DNA of 64,000 bases from a virus (IMGVR_UViG_3300024270_000002), one strand, 5' to 3'; counted from the first letter of the stretch, positions 27,494-36,871 are shown. Numbers and translations: made by a program. The notes: generated by a model from the sequence alone, not told the origin.

Positions 27494-27531
27494 TAACAGC
27501 TACTCTTTTTATGAGTAGCTGTTAAATTTTT
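27494..27531 (+). terminator. intrinsic terminator (copy 2 of direct repeat)
   Basis: TAACAGCTACTC...GAGTAGCTGTTA. Confidence 0.75.
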
Positions 27532-27581
27532 ACACTCTAAGCTGTATTATATAATATAATAAAACTATGAGGTGACAAGAT

Positions 27582-27947
27582 ATGCCAGAAATCAAGATTA
27601 AAACTCATACTACTTATACATATGAAACGTCCGACGGCAGAGAGTTTGATCTTGCTGAGGAAGCGCAGGAGTGGCAGGACCATTTAGAAAACATTAAAGG
27701 TATTACTATGCTCGATAGTAAGTTTCAGAATACAAAAGATCATAGCGAAGCTTTTTATGTACATATTAAAACTTGGCAGCAACAGGAAGCATTTGAGGCC
27801 ATGCAGTATTATGAAGGTATGGGCGCACATATCCCAAAGCCTGGCTACTGGTACTATGATGACTGCACCGATTCATATGTAGACATTGTTAAGGAAAGAG
27901 ATAGACTTCAGAGCATTATTGAAACTCTTGATGTTTTAGGAAAGTGA
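27582..27947 (+). CDS. hypothetical protein
   Basis: SD GAGGTG; CTGTATTATA box at 27542. Confidence 0.75.
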   Translation: MPEIKIKTHTTYTYETSDGREFDLAEEAQEWQDHLENIKGITMLDSKFQNTKDHSEAFYVHIKTWQQQEAFEAMQYYEGMGAHIPKPGYWYYDDCTDSYVDIVKERDRLQSIIETLDVLGK

Positions 27948-27956
27948 GTATAACTT

Positions 27957-29129
27957 ATGTATAATACTAATATTGGTGCTTTCTGTGCGGAGCATGAAGA
28001 TTATCTTGAACTTCTTGCAGCAGAGCCTTATTATATTAAGATTAAAGAAGACGGACCTTATATTATCTTTAACTATGATCAAATCAGATCAGATTTTTCT
28101 AATACCATAGTACAGGAAGCGAGAGGAATTATCTTTAGCAAGGGTCATTGGGAGCACCCTGTATGTTGGGCATTTAATAAGTTCGGAAACTACGGCGAGT
28201 CTTATGTACCTGACCTTGATTGGGATACCGCTTTTGTATCTGAGAAGGTAGATGGCTCTTTGATTAAGGTCTGGTATTATAGAGGTAGTTGGCATATATC
28301 TACTAATGGAACTATTGATGCCTTTAAGGCAGAAATTGGCGATGCTAGAATGCCTGATTTCGGAACTTACTTTGAGTATGTTCTTAATCGTCTGTATCCA
28401 CCTCGAATCTATCGTAAGGCTTTTGATGATTTCACTATCGACCTCGATGAGAATCTTACTTATATGTTCGAGCTCGTCGGACCTTACAATAGAGTAGTTG
28501 TTCCGTATGAGGAGCCTGCTATCTATTTCCTTGGCGCACGTAATAAATATACTGGAGAAGAGTTTAATTGTTCGTCTGAGGTAGCAGGTGCTTTGGACAT
28601 GGGAAGATTTAAGCTGCCTAAGCAATATCCTCTTAACTCTCTTGAGCATTGTATTAAGATTACTGAGAACTTCCCTTGGGATGCAGAAGGAGTTGTAGCA
28701 TGCGATGCTCAGTTCAATAGAGTAAAGATTAAGTCGCCTGCTTACGTTCTCGCTCACTTCGCCCGCAATAATAATGTAATCAATAGAAAGCGTCTTATCA
28801 ACGTAATCCTTATTAATGAGGTAGAAGAGTTTCTTTGCTATGCTGCCGATTATAAGGAAGAGCTTGAGAAGGTACAGGGGCTTATGAAGGCTTACTGTAA
28901 GGTAGGCGATCAGATTGCTAAGTCATGTCAAAGACTCTATGATATACCTAAGAAGACTTTTGCTGCTTGGGTACAGACTCTTCCTAAGATTTATCAGGAC
29001 CTTGCTTTTAGAAATTATAATAATGTAATGTCCGCTAATGATTATACTGCTGGCTGGAATGAGAATAAGTGGGAGACTTATCTCGAAGAATTTGAAAAGC
29101 TTATGAAAGATTTATATATAAAGGAGTAA
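27957..29129 (+). CDS. RNA ligase 1 (T4 Rnl1/RnlA family)
   Basis: EARG, FNKFGN, EKVDGS, FEL, EGVV, RVKIK. Confidence 0.85.
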   Translation: MYNTNIGAFCAEHEDYLELLAAEPYYIKIKEDGPYIIFNYDQIRSDFSNTIVQEARGIIFSKGHWEHPVCWAFNKFGNYGESYVPDLDWDTAFVSEKVDGSLIKVWYYRGSWHISTNGTIDAFKAEIGDARMPDFGTYFEYVLNRLYPPRIYRKAFDDFTIDLDENLTYMFELVGPYNRVVVPYEEPAIYFLGARNKYTGEEFNCSSEVAGALDMGRFKLPKQYPLNSLEHCIKITENFPWDAEGVVACDAQFNRVKIKSPAYVLAHFARNNNVINRKRLINVILINEVEEFLCYAADYKEELEKVQGLMKAYCKVGDQIAKSCQRLYDIPKKTFAAWVQTLPKIYQDLAFRNYNNVMSANDYTAGWNENKWETYLEEFEKLMKDLYIKE

Positions 29130-29133
29130 AACT

Positions 29134-29475
29134 ATGAAGTGTGTAATTTGTGGTAAGGAAATTGAGAAGTCTAGCTACTCTAATAAAGTTCTTTGTTCTT
29201 CTGAATGTTTTAGTGTAGATTTCTGGAATGACTGTTTGGATGATACTGCCATAATCATTGACGGCGAATGTTATCATGATGGAGGCATGAAGCCTAAAAC
29301 TTACACAGGTTTCCTCGGTTTCGGCGGAGCGCTCCACAAAATTAAGCTGAATGATGGAAGAGTTATTGAAACTAATAACTTGTGGTATAATGGAGTAGTT
29401 CCTAAAGAAAGAGGCATTGAAGATAATGCATGTTTTATTAAGCCAGAACCTGTGCATACAGAGGACTTGTTTTAA
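29134..29475 (+). CDS. hypothetical protein with N-terminal zinc finger
   Basis: CVICG...CSSEC. Confidence 0.75.
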   Translation: MKCVICGKEIEKSSYSNKVLCSSECFSVDFWNDCLDDTAIIIDGECYHDGGMKPKTYTGFLGFGGALHKIKLNDGRVIETNNLWYNGVVPKERGIEDNACFIKPEPVHTEDLF

Positions 29476-29648
29476 TGACTAGACTTGATAGAGTATTAGA
29501 CCTGATAGATAATTATGATACTTTTGCAGAAGCTTGTATAAGAAGTTTCGGTATTCCTTCTATGATAGAATTTATTACCGAACTTCGAGAAGAAAAAGAA
29601 AAGCTTACTAAAGAACTTATTGAACATGGATGTAGGAGACGAGATTGA
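29475..29648 (+). CDS. small hypothetical protein (57 aa, not in ORF track)
   Basis: TAATG coupling, SD GAGG. Confidence 0.6.
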   Translation: MTRLDRVLDLIDNYDTFAEACIRSFGIPSMIEFITELREEKEKLTKELIEHGCRRRD

Positions 29649-29947
29649 TGACAAAAACTATTTGTATTAAAAGTAAACGTGAATTTTTGAGTAGAACACC
29701 GGAAGAAATTATTTTTGGTGCCTATAAATTTTCTCCTGCATCTAACGCTGCAACCGTATTTGCTAAGGCTGCTACTATGTATAACAGCAGTAGGGACCAA
29801 GACTTTGCCGTTAAAGTTATTATTAAGCGCACTGACGAAATGGACGCGAAGATTAAAGTGAGTGGTGATAAGCTTTCTGTTCAGGATTTCATTAATCGAG
29901 TAATTACGGAAACAGACTTATTTAAACATTTTGACATAAAAATTTAA
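29645..29947 (+). CDS. hypothetical protein
   Basis: SD AGGAG, overlap. Confidence 0.7.
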   Translation: MMTKTICIKSKREFLSRTPEEIIFGAYKFSPASNAATVFAKAATMYNSSRDQDFAVKVIIKRTDEMDAKIKVSGDKLSVQDFINRVITETDLFKHFDIKI

Positions 29948-29960
29948 GGATGCAGAACTG

Positions 29961-30179
29961 ATGAGAGGATCTACTGGAGTACATGCTGCGCACTGTTGTA
30001 AGTGGCATGGTTGTAAGTACGGCGACCCGGATTGTCCTGTGGTAAATGGAGAAGTTGAGCAGGAATATCCTTGTGAATACTGTAGCGAGCTTCTTAGAGA
30101 AGAGGAGTACTATATAAGGACAGCTCATGAGATAACTGAAATTAAAGAATGGTGGAAGGTTAAGAAGGAGACAAAATGA
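29961..30179 (+). CDS. Cys/His-rich hypothetical protein
   Basis: HCCKWHGCKYG..CP...CEYC. Confidence 0.75.
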   Translation: MRGSTGVHAAHCCKWHGCKYGDPDCPVVNGEVEQEYPCEYCSELLREEEYYIRTAHEITEIKEWWKVKKETK

Positions 30180-30835
30180 AAGTTTATTCAATGAAGTATG
30201 ACGACCTAGAGTGCTGGGTTAAGAATAAAGCTAAGCCTGGCGACATCGCCACCCATTATTCTAACAATGGTGAATTTGGTGAGTTCATGTATACTTACTA
30301 TTATACTAAACCTGATGATAACCCTAGATGGCGGATGTGGTCGGACATGAAAAAACTTCAGCAATGGCTTGATGCACTATCTTGCGCTGAGACAGCAATA
30401 AAAAATCTTACATCTATTGATGTTGATATTGACGTAGATAAGTATATAAAAGAAATAAATAAACTAAAAGTAGAGGAAACTAAGATGAACAATAGATGTG
30501 AGAATTGTAAGTACTTTAAGAACGTATCTGGAAGCTTTTCTTGGTGTTCTCATAAAGAGCACGCTGGAGTGTTAGTTCCTGTCTTTACTTCTTGTGCAGA
30601 CCACGAGCCTAAGCAGAAGAGCGAGGCACCTTTCGATAATCTTAAGTTTTTTATTAAGGACAAAAATACTGGAGAGCTTGAGATTAAATACCTTTGTGAA
30701 GATTGTGGCAAGGTAATGGAAGCGCCTTTTCATTGGCAATTTAGAGTGCCTTTTGGACCTAATAAGGATCCTGATAAGAGACCTGGCTATTTGTATTGGT
30801 GCGAGTACTGCTGGGAAAAGGAAAATAAAAAGTAA
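30176..30835 (+). CDS. hypothetical protein (probable two-gene fusion; Cys-rich C-half)
   Basis: Internal SD plus ATG at 30485. Confidence 0.7.
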   Translation: MKVYSMKYDDLECWVKNKAKPGDIATHYSNNGEFGEFMYTYYYTKPDDNPRWRMWSDMKKLQQWLDALSCAETAIKNLTSIDVDIDVDKYIKEINKLKVEETKMNNRCENCKYFKNVSGSFSWCSHKEHAGVLVPVFTSCADHEPKQKSEAPFDNLKFFIKDKNTGELEIKYLCEDCGKVMEAPFHWQFRVPFGPNKDPDKRPGYLYWCEYCWEKENKK

Positions 30836-31044
30836 TGAGTAAAGCATTTCAATGTGATAATTGTGGAGACCTTTTTCCAGGCGATGCGCATAAAGTACTT
30901 GAGAATGGCGCCGAGGTTTGCTCAGGTTGTTTTAGAGCAGGTGAAGCATTAGGCTATTTTGCTATGGTAAAGCTTCGTAAAGATAGGCCTGGAGATTGGG
31001 AGCCAAAAGAGTTTCCTCTACATACTGGTTGGCATAGTCAGTGA
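30835..31044 (+). CDS. small zinc-finger protein
   Basis: CDNC...CSGC. Confidence 0.7.
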   Translation: MSKAFQCDNCGDLFPGDAHKVLENGAEVCSGCFRAGEALGYFAMVKLRKDRPGDWEPKEFPLHTGWHSQ

Positions 31045-31049
31045 TAAAT

Positions 31050-31094
31050 AAATGTGAATGATCTTTATTAACAGATTGTTCACATTTTATTTTT
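31050..31094 (+). terminator. intrinsic terminator
   Basis: AAATGTGAATGATCT...AGATTGTTCACATTT plus T tract. Confidence 0.75.
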
Positions 31095-31152
31095 ATATCG
31101 TCCGGCAATAATATTGTATTATATAATAATGAAATTTATTTTGGAGGATATA

Positions 31153-31326
31153 ATGAGCGAGCGAGAGAAGTACGAGAGAGCCTGCCCTTTCTGTGGGGCA
31201 AAGTGTTGGAACTTTGTACCGTGTAATTTGTTCTGTAACTGTAATGCTAAATACTACTACTTTGATAAGGTCTGGCTTGATAGAAACACTGGTAAAGAGG
31301 TCTGGGATAAGGAGACCGAGAAATGA
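31153..31326 (+). CDS. small zinc-finger protein
   Basis: SD GGAGG, CPFCG. Confidence 0.7.
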   Translation: MSEREKYERACPFCGAKCWNFVPCNLFCNCNAKYYYFDKVWLDRNTGKEVWDKETEK

Positions 31327-31490
31327 GTGAATGGTGTAAATTTTGTAAGCATGGATATCATCATTTTGAAAAAGGAAAGTGTGTAGTTTATTGTAATTTA
31401 TCAGTTCTTAATTATCCGGTTCCGAAAGACCCGTTTGATACCTGTAAAGACTTTGAAAGTGAGGACGAGGAAGACGATGAGACTGTTTAA
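31323..31490 (+). CDS. small Cys-rich protein (55 aa, not in ORF track)
   Basis: SD AAGGAG, CKFC...C...CKDF. Confidence 0.6.
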   Translation: MSEWCKFCKHGYHHFEKGKCVVYCNLSVLNYPVPKDPFDTCKDFESEDEEDDETV

Positions 31491-31743
31491 GAATCAGGTT
31501 AAGTTTTCTACCGCTCGAAGCTGTCCTTTTTGTGGCGGCATACCTAAGCTATCGAGATGTGGTGATCAGAGAGACCTTTGGTACGTTCGATGTACTGAGT
31601 GTTTTGAGACGCCTATTGACTGGGGCGAAGCAAAAGTAACCCCTGATAAAGCAGTAAAGATTTATAATAAAAGAGCTGATTTTGCTGAGCATCTTATTAG
31701 AATATATAACCGAGTTAAGGAGAAGGAAAATGAAGTACAGTAA
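31477..31743 (+). CDS. Lar-family-like (restriction alleviation) zinc-finger protein
   Basis: CPFCGG...VRCTEC...AVKIYNKR. Confidence 0.6.
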   Translation: MRLFKNQVKFSTARSCPFCGGIPKLSRCGDQRDLWYVRCTECFETPIDWGEAKVTPDKAVKIYNKRADFAEHLIRIYNRVKEKENEVQ

Positions 31744-32308
31744 AGATGATATTATTGAAGCTCTTAGGTGCTGCAGCCTTAACGGACGTAATTCTTGTGA
31801 AACCTGTCCGCTTAAAGAAGAGTGCGAAGAAAGCCCGCTTGAGAGCGTTCTTGCTAAATATACTTTTGAGGTAGTTGATAAGTTTATGCATGAGAATAGA
31901 GTACTTACCGAGCAGAGAAATACTTATAGAGAATATGCTCTTCAAATGCATGCTATGGTAGAGGATATTAAGGTTAAAGTAGATGAAGGCTATGAGTTTT
32001 CTGTCGCGAAGCACGCTGCTGAAATGGATATGTGGCGAGTTATTGCTGCTGAGAAACAGGCTTTGCAGGACCAAAATAAAAGACTAATTGCGGATACTGA
32101 GGAGCTCTATAAAGAAATGGTTGAACGAATAGCTGAGGAGCGCAAAATTGAGAGAAAGCTTACTCTAAGACGAGTACATGCAAATCTACAGAGATACACT
32201 GAAAGTGTTGGTGAGTGTACTACTGATTCCCCGCTCGCGGAAACTTACTCAGTAGTTAGAGAAGAAGATATTAACCAAGTAATAAATGAAATGCTGGAGG
32301 ACTGTTGA
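31730..32308 (+). CDS. hypothetical protein (Cys cluster plus coiled coil)
   Basis: SD AAGGAG, ATG 31730. Confidence 0.75.
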   Translation: MKYSKDDIIEALRCCSLNGRNSCETCPLKEECEESPLESVLAKYTFEVVDKFMHENRVLTEQRNTYREYALQMHAMVEDIKVKVDEGYEFSVAKHAAEMDMWRVIAAEKQALQDQNKRLIADTEELYKEMVERIAEERKIERKLTLRRVHANLQRYTESVGECTTDSPLAETYSVVREEDINQVINEMLEDC

Positions 32309-32643
32309 TGAGAAAGATACTTAAGCCTACGCCGAAAACAAAAGCTTATCTTGACTCACTTCCAAAGATTTATGGTATTTTCTTGTGGGCCAAGTGGGGA
32401 ATACTAGAGCTGCCATGGTCTGGTAAGTATACTAAAGGTGATATTGCTGTTCCTTTAGTTTATCATTACTATGATGCCAATGGAACTTGCGATGAATATC
32501 ATCTTGTACCAATTACTCGCTGCTCAAGCGGCGCCTTTTGGGATTGGTACGAAACTAAAGAAGGTGCAAAGTACGCGCAGGACAAACTTAATGAAGCATT
32601 AAAGAGAGGAGAATACGGATATGACGAACTTAGAGAAGATTAA
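32305..32643 (+). CDS. hypothetical protein
   Basis: SD GGAGG. Confidence 0.75.
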   Translation: MMRKILKPTPKTKAYLDSLPKIYGIFLWAKWGILELPWSGKYTKGDIAVPLVYHYYDANGTCDEYHLVPITRCSSGAFWDWYETKEGAKYAQDKLNEALKRGEYGYDELRED

Positions 32644-32947
32644 GAATATGGATCTCGACCAGCTTGCCGAGTGGCTTGATAAGCATGGGATGTTTGATCA
32701 CTCACCTTGGAATGACTGGTGGGATAAAAACTATTGTTCTAAGTGTGAGCCTATTGAATGCCACTATGCAGATGCCAAAGAAAAGCTTGGTATTGAGCCC
32801 TATTTCCATGATGATACTGTTGAGTGCGCTTATTGTGAACTTGCTGATGAGTCAGGAATAACGAGATGTAGATTTTTTCCTGATATGAATGATGTACCGA
32901 ATAATGTAGAAGTTATTAAAATGTGGCTTGAAAAGGAGGCAGAATAA
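32621..32947 (+). CDS. hypothetical protein (MTNxEKI...WL family)
   Basis: SD GAGGAG. Confidence 0.75.
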   Translation: MTNLEKIKNMDLDQLAEWLDKHGMFDHSPWNDWWDKNYCSKCEPIECHYADAKEKLGIEPYFHDDTVECAYCELADESGITRCRFFPDMNDVPNNVEVIKMWLEKEAE

Positions 32948-33208
32948 ATGAGTTACTATTGTGAAACTTTTGAGCGACCGGAGATTGGAGAAACTATTTA
33001 TTTTATCGGCTACGGTATTGTAGAAGCTCTTAAGGTTGTAAAGATTACTACGGAAGAAACCGAAGAGCAGTTTATTGGATACGTGGATGCTTGCAGACCT
33101 GACGGTACTACTGAGAGTATCGGCTTTAATGCTTTTGGTGAGCTTGCTTTTCGTTGGAAGTGCGATGCAGAAGCAGCTTTGAACCCGGAGGTGGAAGAAG
33201 ATGCTTGA
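32948..33208 (+). CDS. hypothetical protein (PxIGxxIY family)
   Basis: SD AAGGAGG. Confidence 0.75.
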   Translation: MSYYCETFERPEIGETIYFIGYGIVEALKVVKITTEETEEQFIGYVDACRPDGTTESIGFNAFGELAFRWKCDAEAALNPEVEEDA

Positions 33209-33497
33209 AGAACTTGCCAAAGAATTTGAGTTTACTCTTTGGAGTACTGCTAATACTGAGAAAGGAAAATCTTATCAGTATATGGATCCTATCGGTATTA
33301 ATATAATTTTTAATGAGTGGGACCAAAGTTTTGAGCTTAAGTGGCTTATTCCTAAATCTATTTTTACTATCGAGTGCCCAAGCTGTTCGCCTTATACAAA
33401 CAAAGAACACTTTCAAAAAATTTACTTAAAGTTCTGGCGCACTATTCGAGCTTGGAATGTAAATATGCCTGAAAGATACGTGAGGGAAGAACTATGA
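33201..33497 (+). CDS. hypothetical protein
   Basis: SD GGAGG. Confidence 0.75.
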   Translation: MLEELAKEFEFTLWSTANTEKGKSYQYMDPIGINIIFNEWDQSFELKWLIPKSIFTIECPSCSPYTNKEHFQKIYLKFWRTIRAWNVNMPERYVREEL

Positions 33498-33703
33498 AAA
33501 AGAAACAATATTTGTATGCAATTTCTTATTGGTGCACCGATAAGGAAGGACGTAGTGGACAGAGCTGTAGCTTAATTACTCGTCCCAGTAAGATTAATAC
33601 TGTTCTTGATTTTAATAATATGTCTGACTATCTTAGAGAACATAATCAGTTTAGGACTATTGCAATTTGTAATATCATGCTGCTTGGAAAGGTGAAGGCA
33701 TAG
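33494..33703 (+). CDS. hypothetical protein
   Basis: ATGA overlap. Confidence 0.7.
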   Translation: MKKKQYLYAISYWCTDKEGRSGQSCSLITRPSKINTVLDFNNMSDYLREHNQFRTIAICNIMLLGKVKA

Positions 33704-33858
33704 TGAAAATGTGTAAAAATTGTGATAACTACATATGCAAAGCTTATCACGGTACTTGCAGTAAATATAGATTTGTAAGATTTATTAAAGCTATTCCAGA
33801 CAGTATTATACGAACTTGGGATTATTTCAAGACAATTCCTTTTTGGAGGTGGTTTTAA
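33703..33858 (+). CDS. small Cys-rich protein (not in ORF track)
   Basis: Fills gap exactly; CKNC...C...C. Confidence 0.5.
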   Translation: MKMCKNCDNYICKAYHGTCSKYRFVRFIKAIPDSIIRTWDYFKTIPFWRWF

Positions 33859-34284
33859 ATGATTAAAACAATTAAGAAAATTGATTTAAACGGTAATGAA
33901 GTTTGGCAGGAAGTTTGTGTCTGCAATCGTTGTAAAAAGACTTTAGAACCAACTGATTTTGTAAATGAAACTAAGTGGACTGCTTGGCATCCAGTAAAAA
34001 TGGAGCCTGGTGTAGCTTACGGCTTTGGTCAAGGGTCTAATCCTGTAAAGCATATTTGTGAGCGCTGCAAACAACAGGTAGAGGCTTTTCTTAACGGTGA
34101 AGACATACAAAAAGAAAGACAGGCATTGAGTAAGCTTTCTACTGATAACCTTAAGAAAATTAGAAATAGTTTTATGTGTGGTACTTACCTCGCTGATGAG
34201 ATTGATGAAATCCTTAAGAGCAGAGACCGATTAGGCGCTCATGATGTTTTTCAACCCATTCCTCTAAGAAAGCAGTGGCCATAA
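33859..34284 (+). CDS. hypothetical zinc-finger protein
   Basis: CNRC...CERC; SD GGAGG. Confidence 0.75.
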   Translation: MIKTIKKIDLNGNEVWQEVCVCNRCKKTLEPTDFVNETKWTAWHPVKMEPGVAYGFGQGSNPVKHICERCKQQVEAFLNGEDIQKERQALSKLSTDNLKKIRNSFMCGTYLADEIDEILKSRDRLGAHDVFQPIPLRKQWP

Positions 34285-34457
34285 TGACTATTAAGACGTG
34301 TAAAGATTGTAAATATTTTATGGGTATGGGAGACTGGGATCTTTGTTGTGCAAAGCCGCCTGCGAGAGCTAAAGAAAGCTGGTGTGGTTTTCTATGTTAT
34401 GAGGATACAGAGGCTTGCGAAAACTTTAAAGAAAAGGAAGAAGCTAAAAATGAATAA
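34284..34457 (+). CDS. small Cys-rich protein
   Basis: CKDC...CENF. Confidence 0.65.
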   Translation: MTIKTCKDCKYFMGMGDWDLCCAKPPARAKESWCGFLCYEDTEACENFKEKEEAKNE

Positions 34458-34590
34458 ATGTGATTTTTGTTTGCACTCAGTAAATAAAAAGGGTACATGT
34501 ATTTGTCCATACAGTTTTTGTGTTTTGTCTCAGGCAACTATAAAAGAAATATTGGATAAGATTGTGAGGATATCAAATGGCAATAAATGA
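34450..34590 (+). CDS. small Cys-rich protein
   Basis: ATG 34450, CDFC. Confidence 0.55.
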   Translation: MNKCDFCLHSVNKKGTCICPYSFCVLSQATIKEILDKIVRISNGNK

Positions 34591-34789
34591 CAGCTTTGCT
34601 TTACATAAAAAGCTTCCTGAGATTTGTAATGGCACTGACTATGAACTTAGTGAGCTTAATGAGATTGCTTGGGAAAAGGTCAGCGAAGAGTCTGCTCTCG
34701 GCGTAAGCGCTATTACTTATATTGACCCTAATGATACTATTGTCAAGAAAGTTTGGCACGATGGTATGACTGAATATTATTATACTTAA
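34577..34789 (+). CDS. hypothetical protein
   Basis: SD GAGG. Confidence 0.7.
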   Translation: MAINDSFALHKKLPEICNGTDYELSELNEIAWEKVSEESALGVSAITYIDPNDTIVKKVWHDGMTEYYYT

Positions 34790-34799
34790 GGAGTTTATT

Positions 34800-34997
34800 A
34801 TGGGATGTAAGTATTGTACTGAATATGAAGACCTGCCGGAACGTATTATAAATGGCGAGCCGGTTGGTAAAGTATTTGATACATGTATTCAGGAAGATGA
34901 AAATGGTTGGCATATTGAGGTGCCGTCTGGTTATGATATAGGAATTAAGTTTTGCCCTTATTGCGGTAGAGAGTTGAAGGAGGCGTCGAATGACTAA
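34800..34997 (+). CDS. small zinc-ribbon protein
   Basis: CKYC...FCPYCGREL. Confidence 0.75.
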   Translation: MGCKYCTEYEDLPERIINGEPVGKVFDTCIQEDENGWHIEVPSGYDIGIKFCPYCGRELKEASND

Positions 34998-35385
34998 TAA
35001 AAAGAGACTTACTCAGCTAATTTGTGAAAGCTATCAGACAGATGAGTGTATAGCTCACTGTAATTATGGACCTTGCTGTACTTGTGAGCGTATTGCTAAT
35101 TACTTAGTAACTAGCGGAGAAGTAATTCCGCCTGTAGATGTAGGAGATAAAGTTTGGTACATTAACGGTGGTTATTATAATTCTGCCCGTCAGGAACCGC
35201 GTGAGATAGAAGTTACCGAGATAAGTAAAAAGAAGAGTGGTAAAACTATTGACTGGGCTTTTATTGCCAACAGAACAAGATATAAATTTTCTAGTATTGG
35301 TAAAACAGTATTTCTCACAAAAGAAGCTTGTTTGGCAGCAATTAATAATAAAAAGAGCAAAAATTTTAAACAGCATATTGTATAA
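34990..35385 (+). CDS. hypothetical protein (PxxVGDKV...VFLTxE family)
   Basis: SD AAGGAGG. Confidence 0.75.
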   Translation: MTNKKRLTQLICESYQTDECIAHCNYGPCCTCERIANYLVTSGEVIPPVDVGDKVWYINGGYYNSARQEPREIEVTEISKKKSGKTIDWAFIANRTRYKFSSIGKTVFLTKEACLAAINNKKSKNFKQHIV

Positions 35386-35420
35386 TAAAATATAAACAAA
35401 TTTTACTAAGGAGAAAATAA

Positions 35421-35750
35421 ATGAAAATTTTTGGTGTTGACTTTGTAACTAAGAAGGAACTTAAGGCACGTAACGCAGAACTTACGAGTGAAATTGAAGC
35501 TCTTACTGATGAGCTTAATGATGTAAACGGGTCGTTTCCTTTTGACCTTGGACAGATCGTGTATGATGTTGCCCTGAAGAATGCTCAGGGTAGATATACT
35601 AAGACTAAGCCTTCAAGAGAGCATTGCACTATTACTGAAGTAGAGGTCAATGAGAAGAACTATTTTAGTCTTGTAAGACGTCTGAATAATAAGGATGTAT
35701 TTTTCAGTCTTAAAGACGCCGAGAGCTATCTTGACCACGTTTGTAAGTAA
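35421..35750 (+). CDS. hypothetical protein (FPFxLGxxVY family)
   Basis: SD AAGGAG; TGTATAAT box at 35379. Confidence 0.75.
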   Translation: MKIFGVDFVTKKELKARNAELTSEIEALTDELNDVNGSFPFDLGQIVYDVALKNAQGRYTKTKPSREHCTITEVEVNEKNYFSLVRRLNNKDVFFSLKDAESYLDHVCK

Positions 35751-35752
35751 TT

Positions 35753-36817
35753 ATGTATAAGCTGTTAGACAATATTATGCTAGTCTGCAGAGATGAAGAG
35801 CACCATAAAAGTACTGAAGCTTTGCAGGCGTATCTTGTAGATCCTTCTAATAAGAGTCAGCTTAAGTCTGCTCAGCGATGGGCTACTTATACTGAATATG
35901 GTGATCACGTTAAAACAGAGTCCGGCAAGTGGGAGTATACCTGGATTAAAGAGCACAAGCCTATTGAGCATACTTTCGGTAATCAGCACTTCAGACTTGA
36001 GCTCCTTGACTGTGCCGGTGGAAGTTCTCAGGGTGGAAAGCTCAGCTTTTGGAATTGTATCGTATCAAAAGATGACCAGAAATTTAAGATTGGTATTAAT
36101 TCTGAGATGCTTCTTGAGCTTTTGAAGAATGCAACTTTTGTTAAGGGAGTTTGTCAGGACGACTTGCTTTTTGTGACTGATAACGGCAAGGTAGGCATGT
36201 GTGCAGAAGGTTCTGAAGTACATAGATCTGCTATCAAAGATATGGAACTTAAGGCAGAGGCTAAGAAGAACGCTGTTTCTAAGTTTTCTTTCGGTGACAT
36301 TATAACAACACCTACTCTAAGAGAAGTGTATCTTGGTACAGTTACTCAGTATTATACTTTTGACCCAGGCAGCAATAGTCGATATAACTATTCGCATATG
36401 TATTATCGAGATTACACTATTACTAAGCTAGCCAAGCCCATTACGTACCATGTTTTTGACTCGGTCTACGGAAATAAAACTAAGGTATCTGAATTTCTTA
36501 ATGATTACGGTACTTCTCGCTGGTATTCTTATCCAGATTTTAAGAAAACTTGTCCAAAGAGAACTATTGAAGGAAAGCTTGAAGTAGATTGCTCAGAAGA
36601 GTATTTTAAAGAAGAGCTAATAAAGAAGATCTATGATTACGCGGCATTTGAAAAGTATGCTAATGAATCCTATATTAGGCCTGACAATCGAGTGTTATAT
36701 TATTTCTTGAGTAAAGAAGAATTTGGTCTTGGTTTTGAGCCTTTCGAAATCCCAGAAGATATTATATACAAGATTAAGGCAGCCGGCATTAAGTATGTAG
36801 ATGAAACAAAAAATTAA
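35753..36817 (+). CDS. hypothetical protein
   Basis: 354-aa ORF. Confidence 0.85.
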   Translation: MYKLLDNIMLVCRDEEHHKSTEALQAYLVDPSNKSQLKSAQRWATYTEYGDHVKTESGKWEYTWIKEHKPIEHTFGNQHFRLELLDCAGGSSQGGKLSFWNCIVSKDDQKFKIGINSEMLLELLKNATFVKGVCQDDLLFVTDNGKVGMCAEGSEVHRSAIKDMELKAEAKKNAVSKFSFGDIITTPTLREVYLGTVTQYYTFDPGSNSRYNYSHMYYRDYTITKLAKPITYHVFDSVYGNKTKVSEFLNDYGTSRWYSYPDFKKTCPKRTIEGKLEVDCSEEYFKEELIKKIYDYAAFEKYANESYIRPDNRVLYYFLSKEEFGLGFEPFEIPEDIIYKIKAAGIKYVDETKN

Positions 36818-36833
36818 ATAAAACATTAAAAAT

Positions 36834-36871
36834 AACATCACTGGTATTGTATAATATATCAGTGATGTTTT
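36834..36871 (+). terminator. terminator hairpin whose loop is TGTATAAT
   Basis: AACATCACTGGTAT-TGTATAAT-ATATCAGTGATGTT plus TT. Confidence 0.7.
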
